From IMG/VR virus record IMGVR_UViG_3300042549_005369, positions 4,418-68,417 of that record: DNA of 64,000 nucleotides. One strand, written 5' to 3'. Numbering within the stretch: position 1 is the first letter of the stretch; every line of letters starts with the position of its first letter. The notes beneath the pieces were generated by a model. That model saw only the letters and a list, made by a program, of their open reading frames with translations, did no database searches and was not told where the DNA came from. This stretch comes from a virus. The translations under genes were made by a program, and so were the position numbers. Shown one piece after another: positions 55,651 through 64,000 of the stretch.

Positions 55651-57882
55651 TCATGGTTGCTGTGTGTATCCTTTGCGGCGGATGTCGGCTGCGGCCTTGG
55701 CATCCTCCATGGCGATCCGAGCGGAGTTGCGCTCTTGTTCCATTTGGATGCCAGCTTGAGTTTTCATTCGCATAATCTCAATCTCGGCTTGCGCTTTGGC
55801 AAATCGGTCTTGTTGCTCCTGTGACATGCCAGCTTCTTCCTGCTGCATCCCTTGCTCTTGTGCTTTGGCTTCTGCTTCTTTCTGGCCGTTGGAAATAACT
55901 TCCTCGACGCGTTGCAGCATTTGGCGCATGGCGGCAGCTTCTTGTGATGCGGCAATGTCTCCCTCGATCATTTGGACGTGCTCGACAGTGTGGGCGAACA
56001 AATCGGAGTAGGTGACTGCTGCCTCGGCAAGTGGGATTTGCCCAGACTGGGCAAGCTCGAACATCTCCATGAGTGGTTTGATGTGCTCGCGAGCATGTGC
56101 AAGGTGACGGTCGGTTCCCAAAACGGGAACTGGGCTGTTGCGCATGAGTGCCTCGTTCTGGAGGATAGCGATCTGGGTGTCCACGGTGAATCGCTTCACT
56201 CCGTCGAGTGGGAAGAAAACATCGGCATTGTCGCGTCCTACGGCGTCAATCGCCAATTCGCGGTTGAGATAGACTTGGCCTACGTCATCCATGAGGGGTC
56301 GTAGCTCTTTCATGCGCTCAAGTCCCATTGTGCGGGCTGCGGCACTTCCTGCGCCAATTACTCGGGCAAAGGTAGTGCGTTTCCAGTCGAGGCGATAGAA
56401 CGCTTCCAACGGCACGCCACGGCGCACTAGGCGAAGGTGGAGGTCGATGATGTCCTCACCCCCGGGGTCTACCGCAACGTAGTCCCTGCGTATCATGCGG
56501 CGGATGATCTGCTGCGCCAACCTGTCGGCGGGCGTGTAGAAGAAGTCTAGTTCCGAACTAGACAACGATGCGGCTTGGTCGAGGCCTGCGGCGATCTCAA
56601 ATTTGGTCTTGCGTTGATCGCCGTCAAAGATGTTATCGGGCGAGTAGCCTGCTGTTCGATCATTGCCCAAGGACTGCATCATTTCGATGGCAGGCATGAC
56701 TGACCGAGAAAGGTCAGGCATGGGGACATTGACGACTTTCAAGTTTGGTGGCAATGCCGCCAAGTTGCCGATGTATTCGAGTCCCATGTTGGCGTAGTCG
56801 GATTCTGTCTCGCCTTGAAGGACGAGCGATGACGCTAGTTCGCCTTGGTCGATAAGACGGCTGACTGATCGGTTGATCTGTTGCTCGAAGGGATAAATCT
56901 TGTATCCTAGTCCACGGATACTGTGCAGTTTCGTGTTGGTGCCCGTGCCATAGGGGAAGAGAACGAACGCTTCGGTCATGTTTGCGTACACGTCGCGTGA
57001 GCGCATCAGGAAAGTTTTCTCGCCGCAGTCGTCTTCGGCCGCGATGTAATGGCTTACTTTGCCGTTGAACTCTTTGACGAAACCGTGGATTACGCGGACT
57101 TTCGGCAAACGAGTCCCAACCCACAGAGAGTTGTTCTTCACCTCTTCCATGAGGCGTTCCCAGTTTTGATACTCTGGTTCAGCACTTGTGGCTTTGGTAA
57201 TTGCCATGCGAACCGCTTCTTCGTTCCAATCGCCGCAATCCTCACGGTCAATCTTGGAGTATAGGTCAGGAATGCCATACTCGGCTTCGCAGGTAACGAT
57301 GTCCTGCTTTGTTTCGGTGGCCGCGACCATTGTCGGGAAAAAGAACTGTCCTAGTCCTGAAGCACGGAAACGCCAGTCGTTCTCATCCTCCCAGTGGGCA
57401 ACTGCAACGCCTTCCCACACGTATTTGTGAACGAGACGTTCTGGTTCGTATGGGAAACAGTCTGTGCAATTCCGCAGGGTTTTGGTGATCTCCTCCTGCA
57501 TGATTTGCTCCCACTCGACGCGTTCGTCGGTGTTGCCATAGAGCGTTTTGACGTGGAACAGGGATTCCCCTGTATTGAAAATGCGGTAGTAGGGCGATTT
57601 TGCTCGCTCTAATTTTTTCTCCGCGCCTTGGAAGTTGAGGTTGGTGACGTCAGGTTGTCCCGAGTTGCGCAGTTGCTCCTCATCGTAGGGTGGTTCCCCG
57701 TCGAGTAGGCCTTGGGCGAGAGCGCGGTTATAGGCGTTGACCCGATCATCCTCCCTGAATCGGACATGGATTGATCTCAGCTTCGCGGGCGAGGTCAATC
57801 GTTCTTTTGGCACTGGCCCTGTGGCTTGTGGTTGTGCCAAGTCCAGTTCGTCGAAGTCGGATGTAAGGGATGGTTGGTTCAT
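55651..57882 (-). CDS. portal protein (putative)
   Basis: ~743 aa after TerL; KTKFEI motif and Q/A-rich helical C-terminal barrel as in podoviral portals. Confidence 0.75.
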   Translation of the reverse strand: MNQPSLTSDFDELDLAQPQATGPVPKERLTSPAKLRSIHVRFREDDRVNAYNRALAQGLLDGEPPYDEEQLRNSGQPDVTNLNFQGAEKKLERAKSPYYRIFNTGESLFHVKTLYGNTDERVEWEQIMQEEITKTLRNCTDCFPYEPERLVHKYVWEGVAVAHWEDENDWRFRASGLGQFFFPTMVAATETKQDIVTCEAEYGIPDLYSKIDREDCGDWNEEAVRMAITKATSAEPEYQNWERLMEEVKNNSLWVGTRLPKVRVIHGFVKEFNGKVSHYIAAEDDCGEKTFLMRSRDVYANMTEAFVLFPYGTGTNTKLHSIRGLGYKIYPFEQQINRSVSRLIDQGELASSLVLQGETESDYANMGLEYIGNLAALPPNLKVVNVPMPDLSRSVMPAIEMMQSLGNDRTAGYSPDNIFDGDQRKTKFEIAAGLDQAASLSSSELDFFYTPADRLAQQIIRRMIRRDYVAVDPGGEDIIDLHLRLVRRGVPLEAFYRLDWKRTTFARVIGAGSAAARTMGLERMKELRPLMDDVGQVYLNRELAIDAVGRDNADVFFPLDGVKRFTVDTQIAILQNEALMRNSPVPVLGTDRHLAHAREHIKPLMEMFELAQSGQIPLAEAAVTYSDLFAHTVEHVQMIEGDIAASQEAAAMRQMLQRVEEVISNGQKEAEAKAQEQGMQQEEAGMSQEQQDRFAKAQAEIEIMRMKTQAGIQMEQERNSARIAMEDAKAAADIRRKGYTQQP

Positions 57883-57883
57883 A

Positions 57884-58438
57884 TCAGGCAATAAGGTTAC
57901 GCATAACGCTTTCCGCAGACGCTTCATTGCGTCGAGTCATCTCCGCACTCAGGAAGCCACGCCAATGGACATTGGGTGGAATGAAATTGAGGAGAGTGGA
58001 TGTTTGGAAGTATTTCATGCTGAAAAGGATAGACCCAATCGGCTTCCCTGACAAGAACTTACCAAATACTTCTGGGGTAGCGCAATGAAAATAATTTGAT
58101 TGTAACACATCAAGCCAATGTGGGGCAATCGGGCGTTGCTGCGGATCGAAATAAAGCATGGGGTATTTCGGGTCAGTCGGCAGATATGCGTCAATCGCTG
58201 CACGTAGGAAACGATTGGATTTGTCTGTTGGCGATCCCTCGGTGTTTGTCACGATCACTCGCTTGAGACTACCGAAGCAATCCGCCAAGGTTTCGAGAAA
58301 CTCATACGCAAGGGCGTCGTCCTCGGGCGTTGCCAAGGTCATGAGCGTGTGTTTTGAGTTCGTTCCGAGTTTGGCAATCGTTTTTGCGAGTGCTGCGTAG
58401 TCGGTTAAGCCTTTGGCGATGGGGACGGTGAGTGTCAT
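57884..58438 (-). CDS. hypothetical protein, possibly a degenerate GT-A fold
   Basis: MLYFDP..RPIAPHWLDVLQSNY; between TerL and portal. Confidence 0.55.
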   Translation of the reverse strand: MTLTVPIAKGLTDYAALAKTIAKLGTNSKHTLMTLATPEDDALAYEFLETLADCFGSLKRVIVTNTEGSPTDKSNRFLRAAIDAYLPTDPKYPMLYFDPQQRPIAPHWLDVLQSNYFHCATPEVFGKFLSGKPIGSILFSMKYFQTSTLLNFIPPNVHWRGFLSAEMTRRNEASAESVMRNLIA

Positions 58439-58450
58439 GGTTTGTCTATG

Positions 58451-60433
58451 TCAGCGTTCTTTTGTTGTCATGTTCCGTGGTTTTGTCAATCTTCGCGCAC
58501 GGTTGCGAAAAACCTTCCAAGCGTCATTGCCTAGTGGTGTGCCGTCCATTTGTCCCCTGATGAGGGTATTCTCCGAGCACTCGAACCCAAGGCGGTCGCG
58601 GCAGAAATCTACCAATCCGAGGAAACTATCGGATTGGTCGGGTGACTTACCTTCGCGATCTTTGTAGGATCGTTTGTTCTCAACGCAGAGTTTCTTGCCG
58701 TCACCCATCATGCCTTTTGCCAGATGGCGGGAGCAGAGTTCTTTGGCAAGCTCGTCTGGTACGCCCTTAATTTGGTGCGAGCGAAAGAACGGATGCGCCC
58801 CAAACCAAACCTCGGTGGACTTGTTCTCGAATTTCTCGCTTGCAAGAATCGCTCGGCCGTCTGGGGATTTCTCGCCCGGGACTGGTCGCCGTGACGCCGC
58901 ACCACCTGTCGTCATGCCTGTGAGCGCGGGAGACCACACGACGACCGCGATGTCGCCGAAGGGAATGCCACCGCCTGAACGGTCATACGCTGCGTGCTGT
59001 GGCCTCACCCCGCGTTCCTCGCACAGTTTGCGCCATGCTTTTGCGATCTGGAATGTGATTGGCGTGGAGGTGTCAGTGGTGTCTGTCTGGATGGGAACTC
59101 CTTCGGTGAGCATGAGAACTTTCTTGCCCTCGAAGTCAACGCCTAGTTCCGCGAACGTAGCCCATGCCAAGTCGCCACCTGCGGTGAACGATGGGTCAAG
59201 AAACGAGACCTTGATTGGCATTTCGTATCCCCACACCACTTCTTTGTCCTTCGCGCCTGACATCTCAATGTCCGCAGCGGAATAGACTCCTGATTCGTCA
59301 CCCGTAAGGCACCATGTGCCCAGAACCATTCGGTGATAGAACAGCGAGTTCCTACCGTATTTGTCGGCCATGCCGTCGATGTCAGCTTGCCGTAGCATCC
59401 ACGAATACCGCTCATTGCCCTCGACAATACGAGGATTCTGCTCGCCATTAAACCTGATGCAAAGCCCGCCTGTGGCAGTCTCCCATTCGTCGTCACGCAG
59501 TAGGTCAACGCGATCCCACCCGCCTTTGGGTTTGCAGAGAATGCCGAAAGGGTTGTAGATGTCGCTGGGGTTTCCGATGCCGATGAGTTGGAAGTGGCCC
59601 ACGTTGCCGGGCTTCAAGTTCGTGTTAATCGCATTCAGTAGCGACTCCGCAGCACCTGTCATCTCGTCGAAGATAACGATGAGGTTGCCAATGCGGTCGG
59701 CGGAAAGATTGTAAAGCCGTGGCAGCAGTTCGCGCAGTGTCTCCTCGTCGAAGTGCTTGATGAGGTCAGCGTTCTCTGGGTGAGACATGAGTCCTTGGAA
59801 AGATTCGTCGGGCTCACCTGTCCTTGGTGCTTTCGCACCGATGAGTTTCTCCACTGCGGTTTTCTCCGCAGACTGCTCGGAGGCAAGAAGGTAAATGCCA
59901 GAGGACTGTCCATAGCCTGAGCCTTGGTAGTTGAGTCCACGGACTTCGTTGGTTGACCAGAGGGCGTGCCCCGGGAGCCCCGAGATCGACTCCCAATACT
60001 CCCGTAGCGTTTTCCAGATACGCCGTTTCGCGCCTGCGATTGTCGTAGACATCACGAGCACAAGCGTATGCGTTGGGTCAATGGAATACATGCCGACGGC
60101 GTAGAGGGCAAAGGGGTCAGATTTGCCTGCGGACGTTGGCCCCGCTACCCCAAGCTCTTTGTTGTCGAATGCCTTGCGTAGCATTCGGTTCGCCCATGAG
60201 TTCCAAACAAATCGTTTCTGACTGCCTGAGTCTGGGTTGTTCCAGAGTAGGTCAACGTAGTTCTTGAAATGCCCAAAGGCACCTAGCCCGCCCTCATGCT
60301 CACCGTGCCTGATGCGAACACAGAGTGCTTCTATCGCAATTTGGTCGGTGAGCATATTGCCAGTCAGGCCAAGCGACTCGGGATCGAACCCAAATTGCTT
60401 GAGGCCATACCAGTTGAGGGCGGTGGGTGTCAT
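58451..60433 (-). CDS. terL: terminase large subunit
   Basis: Walker A GPTSAGKS, Walker B VIFDE, GIGNP, nuclease FLDPSFTAGGD, AYD, SPDQSD. Confidence 0.9.
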   Translation of the reverse strand: MTPTALNWYGLKQFGFDPESLGLTGNMLTDQIAIEALCVRIRHGEHEGGLGAFGHFKNYVDLLWNNPDSGSQKRFVWNSWANRMLRKAFDNKELGVAGPTSAGKSDPFALYAVGMYSIDPTHTLVLVMSTTIAGAKRRIWKTLREYWESISGLPGHALWSTNEVRGLNYQGSGYGQSSGIYLLASEQSAEKTAVEKLIGAKAPRTGEPDESFQGLMSHPENADLIKHFDEETLRELLPRLYNLSADRIGNLIVIFDEMTGAAESLLNAINTNLKPGNVGHFQLIGIGNPSDIYNPFGILCKPKGGWDRVDLLRDDEWETATGGLCIRFNGEQNPRIVEGNERYSWMLRQADIDGMADKYGRNSLFYHRMVLGTWCLTGDESGVYSAADIEMSGAKDKEVVWGYEMPIKVSFLDPSFTAGGDLAWATFAELGVDFEGKKVLMLTEGVPIQTDTTDTSTPITFQIAKAWRKLCEERGVRPQHAAYDRSGGGIPFGDIAVVVWSPALTGMTTGGAASRRPVPGEKSPDGRAILASEKFENKSTEVWFGAHPFFRSHQIKGVPDELAKELCSRHLAKGMMGDGKKLCVENKRSYKDREGKSPDQSDSFLGLVDFCRDRLGFECSENTLIRGQMDGTPLGNDAWKVFRNRARRLTKPRNMTTKER

Positions 60434-61083
60434 TGTAGGGATTTTGGTATGTTGTCGTTGTCGAGCATTTTCTTGAATCCGACGTTGCCTGCAATGTGGA
60501 ATGCTACGACGCCTTCGGGTTTCATGAACCCAAGAGCGGCTTGGCTTCCATGGTCACGCAGGTAAGTGAGGCACTGATTGATGTGGTTGGTATCAAAATC
60601 GCCCCAATACAGCACAGGGACTAAGTGGCAGCACTCGGGCAATCGGTCTTGCATCTTGACCACCGTCGGATTGGCGGACGGGATGACCTGTGGTTCTTGG
60701 TCGTGTGGGCACCACCGAGAGACATTGAACAGGGAGAAACGACGTTCGGACATGTCGTATTTGCGCTGAATACCTCTGCCCCACCATTCACCAAAGTGTC
60801 GCCCTACCCCAAGTTTAGTTAACTCGAAAGCATTTTTCTGCGCCCATGCGGCAAACCCGTAGTTGTCCTTTTCTGGAGTTATCCAGCGTGTGCGGGAGCC
60901 TGCCAGCATGTAGCACAGTTTGCCGTCACTGTCATTCCATGCGAATAATGTTTCTTTGGGAACCAAGGGTGGGTTCTCAGCCCGAGCGATGAATATCTGG
61001 GCGTTCGTGCCGTCGATTTTCTCGGTCACTATCATTTCACGGGAAAGCCGTGCCATCTTTGGGAACTCTGTAAATTTGTCCAT
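60430..61083 (-). CDS. Rnl2-like RNA ligase (nucleotidyltransferase domain only)
   Basis: motif I TEKIDGTN, GSR, FGEW.G.GIQ, FSLFN, PEGVV, KK. Confidence 0.85.
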   Translation of the reverse strand: MDKFTEFPKMARLSREMIVTEKIDGTNAQIFIARAENPPLVPKETLFAWNDSDGKLCYMLAGSRTRWITPEKDNYGFAAWAQKNAFELTKLGVGRHFGEWWGRGIQRKYDMSERRFSLFNVSRWCPHDQEPQVIPSANPTVVKMQDRLPECCHLVPVLYWGDFDTNHINQCLTYLRDHGSQAALGFMKPEGVVAFHIAGNVGFKKMLDNDNIPKSLQ

Positions 61084-61084
61084 A

Positions 61085-61510
61085 TCAGTTTCCGATTTCG
61101 TCTGGTGCCATAAAACCTTTGACTGCTCCGTGCGTGACCCCGGGGATCAGAATCACGTTATCCTCTTTCGGTGCTGGTGCATCAGTGAGGACGATCTGCG
61201 GTGTTGTGGTGAGAGCCGCAGCCCAGTCATCAACAAACACAGGAGAGTTCGGGCCGTGGGTTTGCATCAAGTAGATCGCTTGGTGTGCGACGAACTGCTG
61301 TGCTTGTTCCACGCCAATACTCATCTGCTTCATAGCAAGAGCTTGGAGTTTGTTGAGTGAGTAGACGTATTGGCCTACGATGGTTGCACCAATCAACGCT
61401 TCATCGAACCCGTCTCCGAGTTTGAGTGTTTGGTCTTCTAACCCGTCTCCGAGTTTGAGTGTTTGGTCGTCGCTGGTTTCTGCTGGTGGTTGTGTGGTGT
61501 CTTCAGACAT
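61085..61510 (-). CDS. hypothetical protein, distant paralog of 18479-18736
   Basis: GDGFDEALIG...VYS...NSPVFV; duplicated DQTLKLGDG. Confidence 0.65.
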   Translation of the reverse strand: MSEDTTQPPAETSDDQTLKLGDGLEDQTLKLGDGFDEALIGATIVGQYVYSLNKLQALAMKQMSIGVEQAQQFVAHQAIYLMQTHGPNSPVFVDDWAAALTTTPQIVLTDAPAPKEDNVILIPGVTHGAVKGFMAPDEIGN

Positions 61511-61518
61511 GGTGTTGG

Positions 61519-61956
61519 TTATTCTTCTGGATCGGGTATAAAGCCCTCGCTGATCTCACGCTCTAACTCTAGGCGGAGCTCTTCGTCAAGGACAAATTCT
61601 TCATCGAGCTCGGCAGGCGTGGGCTCGGCAGGCGTGGGCTCGGCAGGCTCGGCAGATAAAGGCTGAGGCTCGGCAGATAAAGGCTGATGCTCGGGCGCAG
61701 ATAAAAGCTGAGGCTCAACAGGCCATTCCTTGCCCCTAACGCCGTAGTATGCGACTCTCAATGTCCGCTCATTGGCTTCCGTCATGGGAAGTCCCTCGTT
61801 GGCGAGCACAGTTCGCACGGCGTCCATGACGACGCGGCCGCTTTTGGATTGCTCAACAATGCCGCGAACCAACCATGCGTAGGGCACCCAAAAGCCTTGG
61901 GGCTTGGTAGTCCGCGCTGGGAGAGAGGATTGTAGTTGTTTAAGCGATAAATTCAT
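61519..61956 (-). CDS. hypothetical protein with AEP repeats and acidic tail
   Basis: 145-aa ORF. Confidence 0.65.
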   Translation of the reverse strand: MNLSLKQLQSSLPARTTKPQGFWVPYAWLVRGIVEQSKSGRVVMDAVRTVLANEGLPMTEANERTLRVAYYGVRGKEWPVEPQLLSAPEHQPLSAEPQPLSAEPAEPTPAEPTPAELDEEFVLDEELRLELEREISEGFIPDPEE

Positions 61957-62617
61957 GTCGTTGTAAAACTGCTGCCACTGTCCCGTGACGCCATTCGCCG
62001 CCCATGCGCGTTTTTACTCCATCTGCGTTCATCGCTGCTGCGATCTCACGGGTAGTAAGCCCAGCGCGGGAGAGTTTGACCATTTCCTTGACCACTGGCT
62101 GCTCGTGCTCATGGGAGCCATAAGGCTTGCGCCCTTCGCACCGTCCATTCGCAGCGCGGGTGCGGTTGCGTGCTGCTCGCAGTTTGTTGACAATGCTAGT
62201 TTTCTCCCACTCGGATAGTGCGGCAAGGATTTGCCTGATGAGTTTCGCCGTAGGATTGTCGGAGCCTGCTGTTAGATCGTTGCCACCCTCTGCTTCGAGA
62301 ACGGTAATACCCATCTCTGCGAACTGTCGGATAAGCAATTCACTAACCACAAGGTCACGTGCCAAGCGATCTGATCGCTCAATCACTACGACCTTGGTCT
62401 GTGAGTCATCCTCCAACAAGTATTGGAGTAAACGGGATAGGGCAGGGCGAGCAAGACTGTCAGTTGTCCCACTGATCCCTTCTTCAGCAAACTCAGCCAT
62501 GGGCTCAGCACCCATGCGATTGCGGATGGCAATGCGCTGTCTCTCGAATCCATCTCCATTGATTTGGCCTTTCGAGGAAACGCGCAGGTATGATACGTAT
62601 CTGGTATTTGCGGTCAC
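61940..62617 (-). CDS. small serine recombinase (resolvase/invertase family)
   Basis: YLRVSS catalytic Ser, ISG, RPAL, DRLARD, GRKPYG, C-terminal HTH; GTG start 62617. Confidence 0.9.
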   Translation of the reverse strand: MTANTRYVSYLRVSSKGQINGDGFERQRIAIRNRMGAEPMAEFAEEGISGTTDSLARPALSRLLQYLLEDDSQTKVVVIERSDRLARDLVVSELLIRQFAEMGITVLEAEGGNDLTAGSDNPTAKLIRQILAALSEWEKTSIVNKLRAARNRTRAANGRCEGRKPYGSHEHEQPVVKEMVKLSRAGLTTREIAAAMNADGVKTRMGGEWRHGTVAAVLQRHEFIA

Positions 62618-62619
62618 GG

Positions 62620-62653
62620 AGTGTAGTGTGCTACACTTACCCCCGACCGTCAA
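62620..62653 (-). promoter_or_regulatory. resolvase promoter with overlapping inverted repeat
   Basis: TTGACG-17 nt-CACACT; AGTGTAG-tgtg-CTACACT at 62620-62637. Confidence 0.55.
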
Positions 62654-62662
62654 CATTTATTT

Positions 62663-63316
62663 TCAGAAAAATGAAGGGAGCTCATCTGGGCTTGCGTGGG
62701 GCATATCGGTGGGCAGTTCCGCAGGGGCTGCGTGGGGCATAGGCGGTATTGGATCATCCGTAGGGAGTTGGGGTATGTCCAGCACGGGCGTCCCCACATT
62801 CCGCCTAGTCACTACTCTAGGCAAGAATCCTCCACTTGGGCCGCCACCAGCTTTGTCCTTTGCTTCTAAGCCAGACGTTTGCCTGAATAGGCGGATCAAC
62901 GATTCCAATTCCTTAATGCTCTTGGGGGCAGGCATGTCCTTCAGCCCAGTTACGATCATCTTTTGCAAGACCTGAGACAATGCAGCTTGGAATTGCTCGG
63001 CCGTTGCATCCCTAGCAATAGTTTGCAGTTGGGAAAACTCAGTAGGGGTCAATGCTGGACTCATGTCCATTGCTATGACTTCACCATCCTTGCTGCGTTT
63101 GGCTGCGTCCCTAGACGCAACTAGTTCTTCCGTAGGACTGCCCCTTGGTCTGACCATCATGATTCGTTTACCTGAGCTATCGGTGGGCATACCCTGCTTA
63201 GCGGGCATACCCTGTTTGGCAACCTGTTTGGGGTCAGCCTGCTTAGCGGGCATACCCTGTTTGGCAACCTGTTTGGCAACCTGTTTAGCTGTCGTCGGTG
63301 GTGTCTTCTTTGCCAT
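62663..63316 (-). CDS. putative terminase small subunit / first late gene
   Basis: first gene of the late arm; KQVA/KQGMPA repeats; helical core; called on position only. Confidence 0.4.
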   Translation of the reverse strand: MAKKTPPTTAKQVAKQVAKQGMPAKQADPKQVAKQGMPAKQGMPTDSSGKRIMMVRPRGSPTEELVASRDAAKRSKDGEVIAMDMSPALTPTEFSQLQTIARDATAEQFQAALSQVLQKMIVTGLKDMPAPKSIKELESLIRLFRQTSGLEAKDKAGGGPSGGFLPRVVTRRNVGTPVLDIPQLPTDDPIPPMPHAAPAELPTDMPHASPDELPSFF

Positions 63317-63370
63317 GGCGGGGTATTGTTATCATGGGTTGAGGAAAGGTGTCAAGGGGATTCCCGTTTC

Positions 63371-63444
63371 GCAATTTGGCATTTTCCGTGTGAGGGATTA
63401 TCGTTTTGCAATTTGGCAATTTGGCATTTTCCGTGTGAGGGATT
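63371..63444. repeat. 29-bp exact direct repeat (63371-63399, 63416-63444)
   Basis: GCAATTTGGCATTTTCCGTGTGAGGGATT x2. Confidence 0.9.
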
Positions 63445-63654
63445 TTTTTAACTGGCCGCACCGCGCTAGATTGCTCGGGGCATCGGGGCGGTGGGGGGTG
63501 ACGGGTGGGGGGTCTCGCCGAGCCGCGCCGGGCTTGCCAGCATCGACCGAGCCCCGCGCCTGCGTCGTGCTTGCTTGCGTGTCCGTAATTCTTTAGAAGA
63601 GTGCGGATTCTTTACATGGTATATACAGGGCGCGGGGGGTTGTGCCGCCGCGCT

Positions 63655-63692
63655 TGCTGGTCTGCTGGTCTGCTGGTCTGCTGGTCTGCTGG
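63655..63692. repeat. 8-bp tandem repeat TGCTGGTC x4.75
   Basis: read directly. Confidence 0.9.
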
Positions 63693-63797
63693 ATTGACGG
63701 CGCGGGCGTAGCGGTGCACCTTTGCCCCTACCCAGTCACGCCCCCACCGCTCAACCCCGCCGCCCTTCTCACTACCCCCCACACCACCGAAGAAAAC

Positions 63798-63865
63798 GCA
63801 ACCAACTTGCAAACGCAATTTTGTTGCAATAGCAACCAACTTGCAAACGCAACTTTGTTGCAATA
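63798..63865. repeat. 34-bp tandem duplication (1 mismatch) with four TTGCAA palindromes
   Basis: GCAACCAACTTGCAAACGCAA[T/C]TTTGTTGCAATA x2. Confidence 0.9.
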
Positions 63866-63873
63866 GTTACGAG

Positions 63874-64000
63874 CACGAGCAGGCATCGACCACGAGCAGG
63901 CATCGACCACGAGCAGGCATCGACCACGAGCAGGCATCGACCACGAGCAGGCATCGACCACGAGCAGGCATCGACCACGAGCAGGCATCGACCACGAGCA
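63874..64000. repeat. perfect 17-bp tandem repeat CACGAGCAGGCATCGAC, at least 7.5 copies, truncated by the window end
   Basis: read directly. Confidence 0.95.

Larger units (their letters stand above)
1..64000. mobile_element. Tailed dsDNA bacteriophage genome, near complete, two converging transcription arms
   Basis: TerL, portal-scaffold-capsid synteny, PolA, primase-helicase, DUF2800/DUF2815, CHAP lysin, collagen fibre; dense ATGA-overlapping genes; no host housekeeping genes. Confidence 0.95.

Noticed and set aside
61940-62617. Prophage integrase
   Set aside because: Too short, lacks the zinc-ribbon and coiled-coil domains of large serine integrases; no host DNA junction in the window
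63874-64000. CRISPR array
   Set aside because: The 17-bp units are contiguous with no spacers, and there is no cas operon

Overview
The window is most of a tailed dsDNA bacteriophage genome, probably podovirus-like, since no tape measure, sheath or tail-tube gene is recognisable and there are large predicted internal virion proteins. It has two converging arms. The + arm (1-21858) carries small early genes, an XRE HTH, a beta-class DNA methyltransferase, a primase-helicase, a DUF2800 Cas4-like nuclease, a DUF2815 SSB, ThyX, a family A DNA polymerase, an SF2 helicase, a TAGT/GREB1-like glycosyltransferase and a DUF3310 protein. The - arm (63316 down to 21864) carries a putative TerS, a serine resolvase, an Rnl2-like RNA ligase, TerL, portal, scaffold, major capsid, Ser-rich tail-region proteins, a ~4.9 kb multi-domain glycosyltransferase/O-methyltransferase cluster, a collagen tail fibre, lysis genes, internal virion proteins and a 4174-aa polyvalent protein with kinase-like, GNAT and HExxH modules. 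A repeat-rich non-coding region runs off the right end. The most notable candidates are (1) a virion-glycosylation module with Stealth, GT11, GT32 and methyltransferase domains next to Ser-rich acceptor-like proteins, (2) the giant polyvalent protein, (3) genes and domains flanked by duplicated gene ends, including an exact 23-bp repeat around the methyltransferase, (4) a TAGT DNA-glycosylation gene with no visible TET or C5-MTase partner, and (5) structured non-coding leaders before ssb and the capsid gene. All family calls come from motifs recognised by eye; no database search was run.
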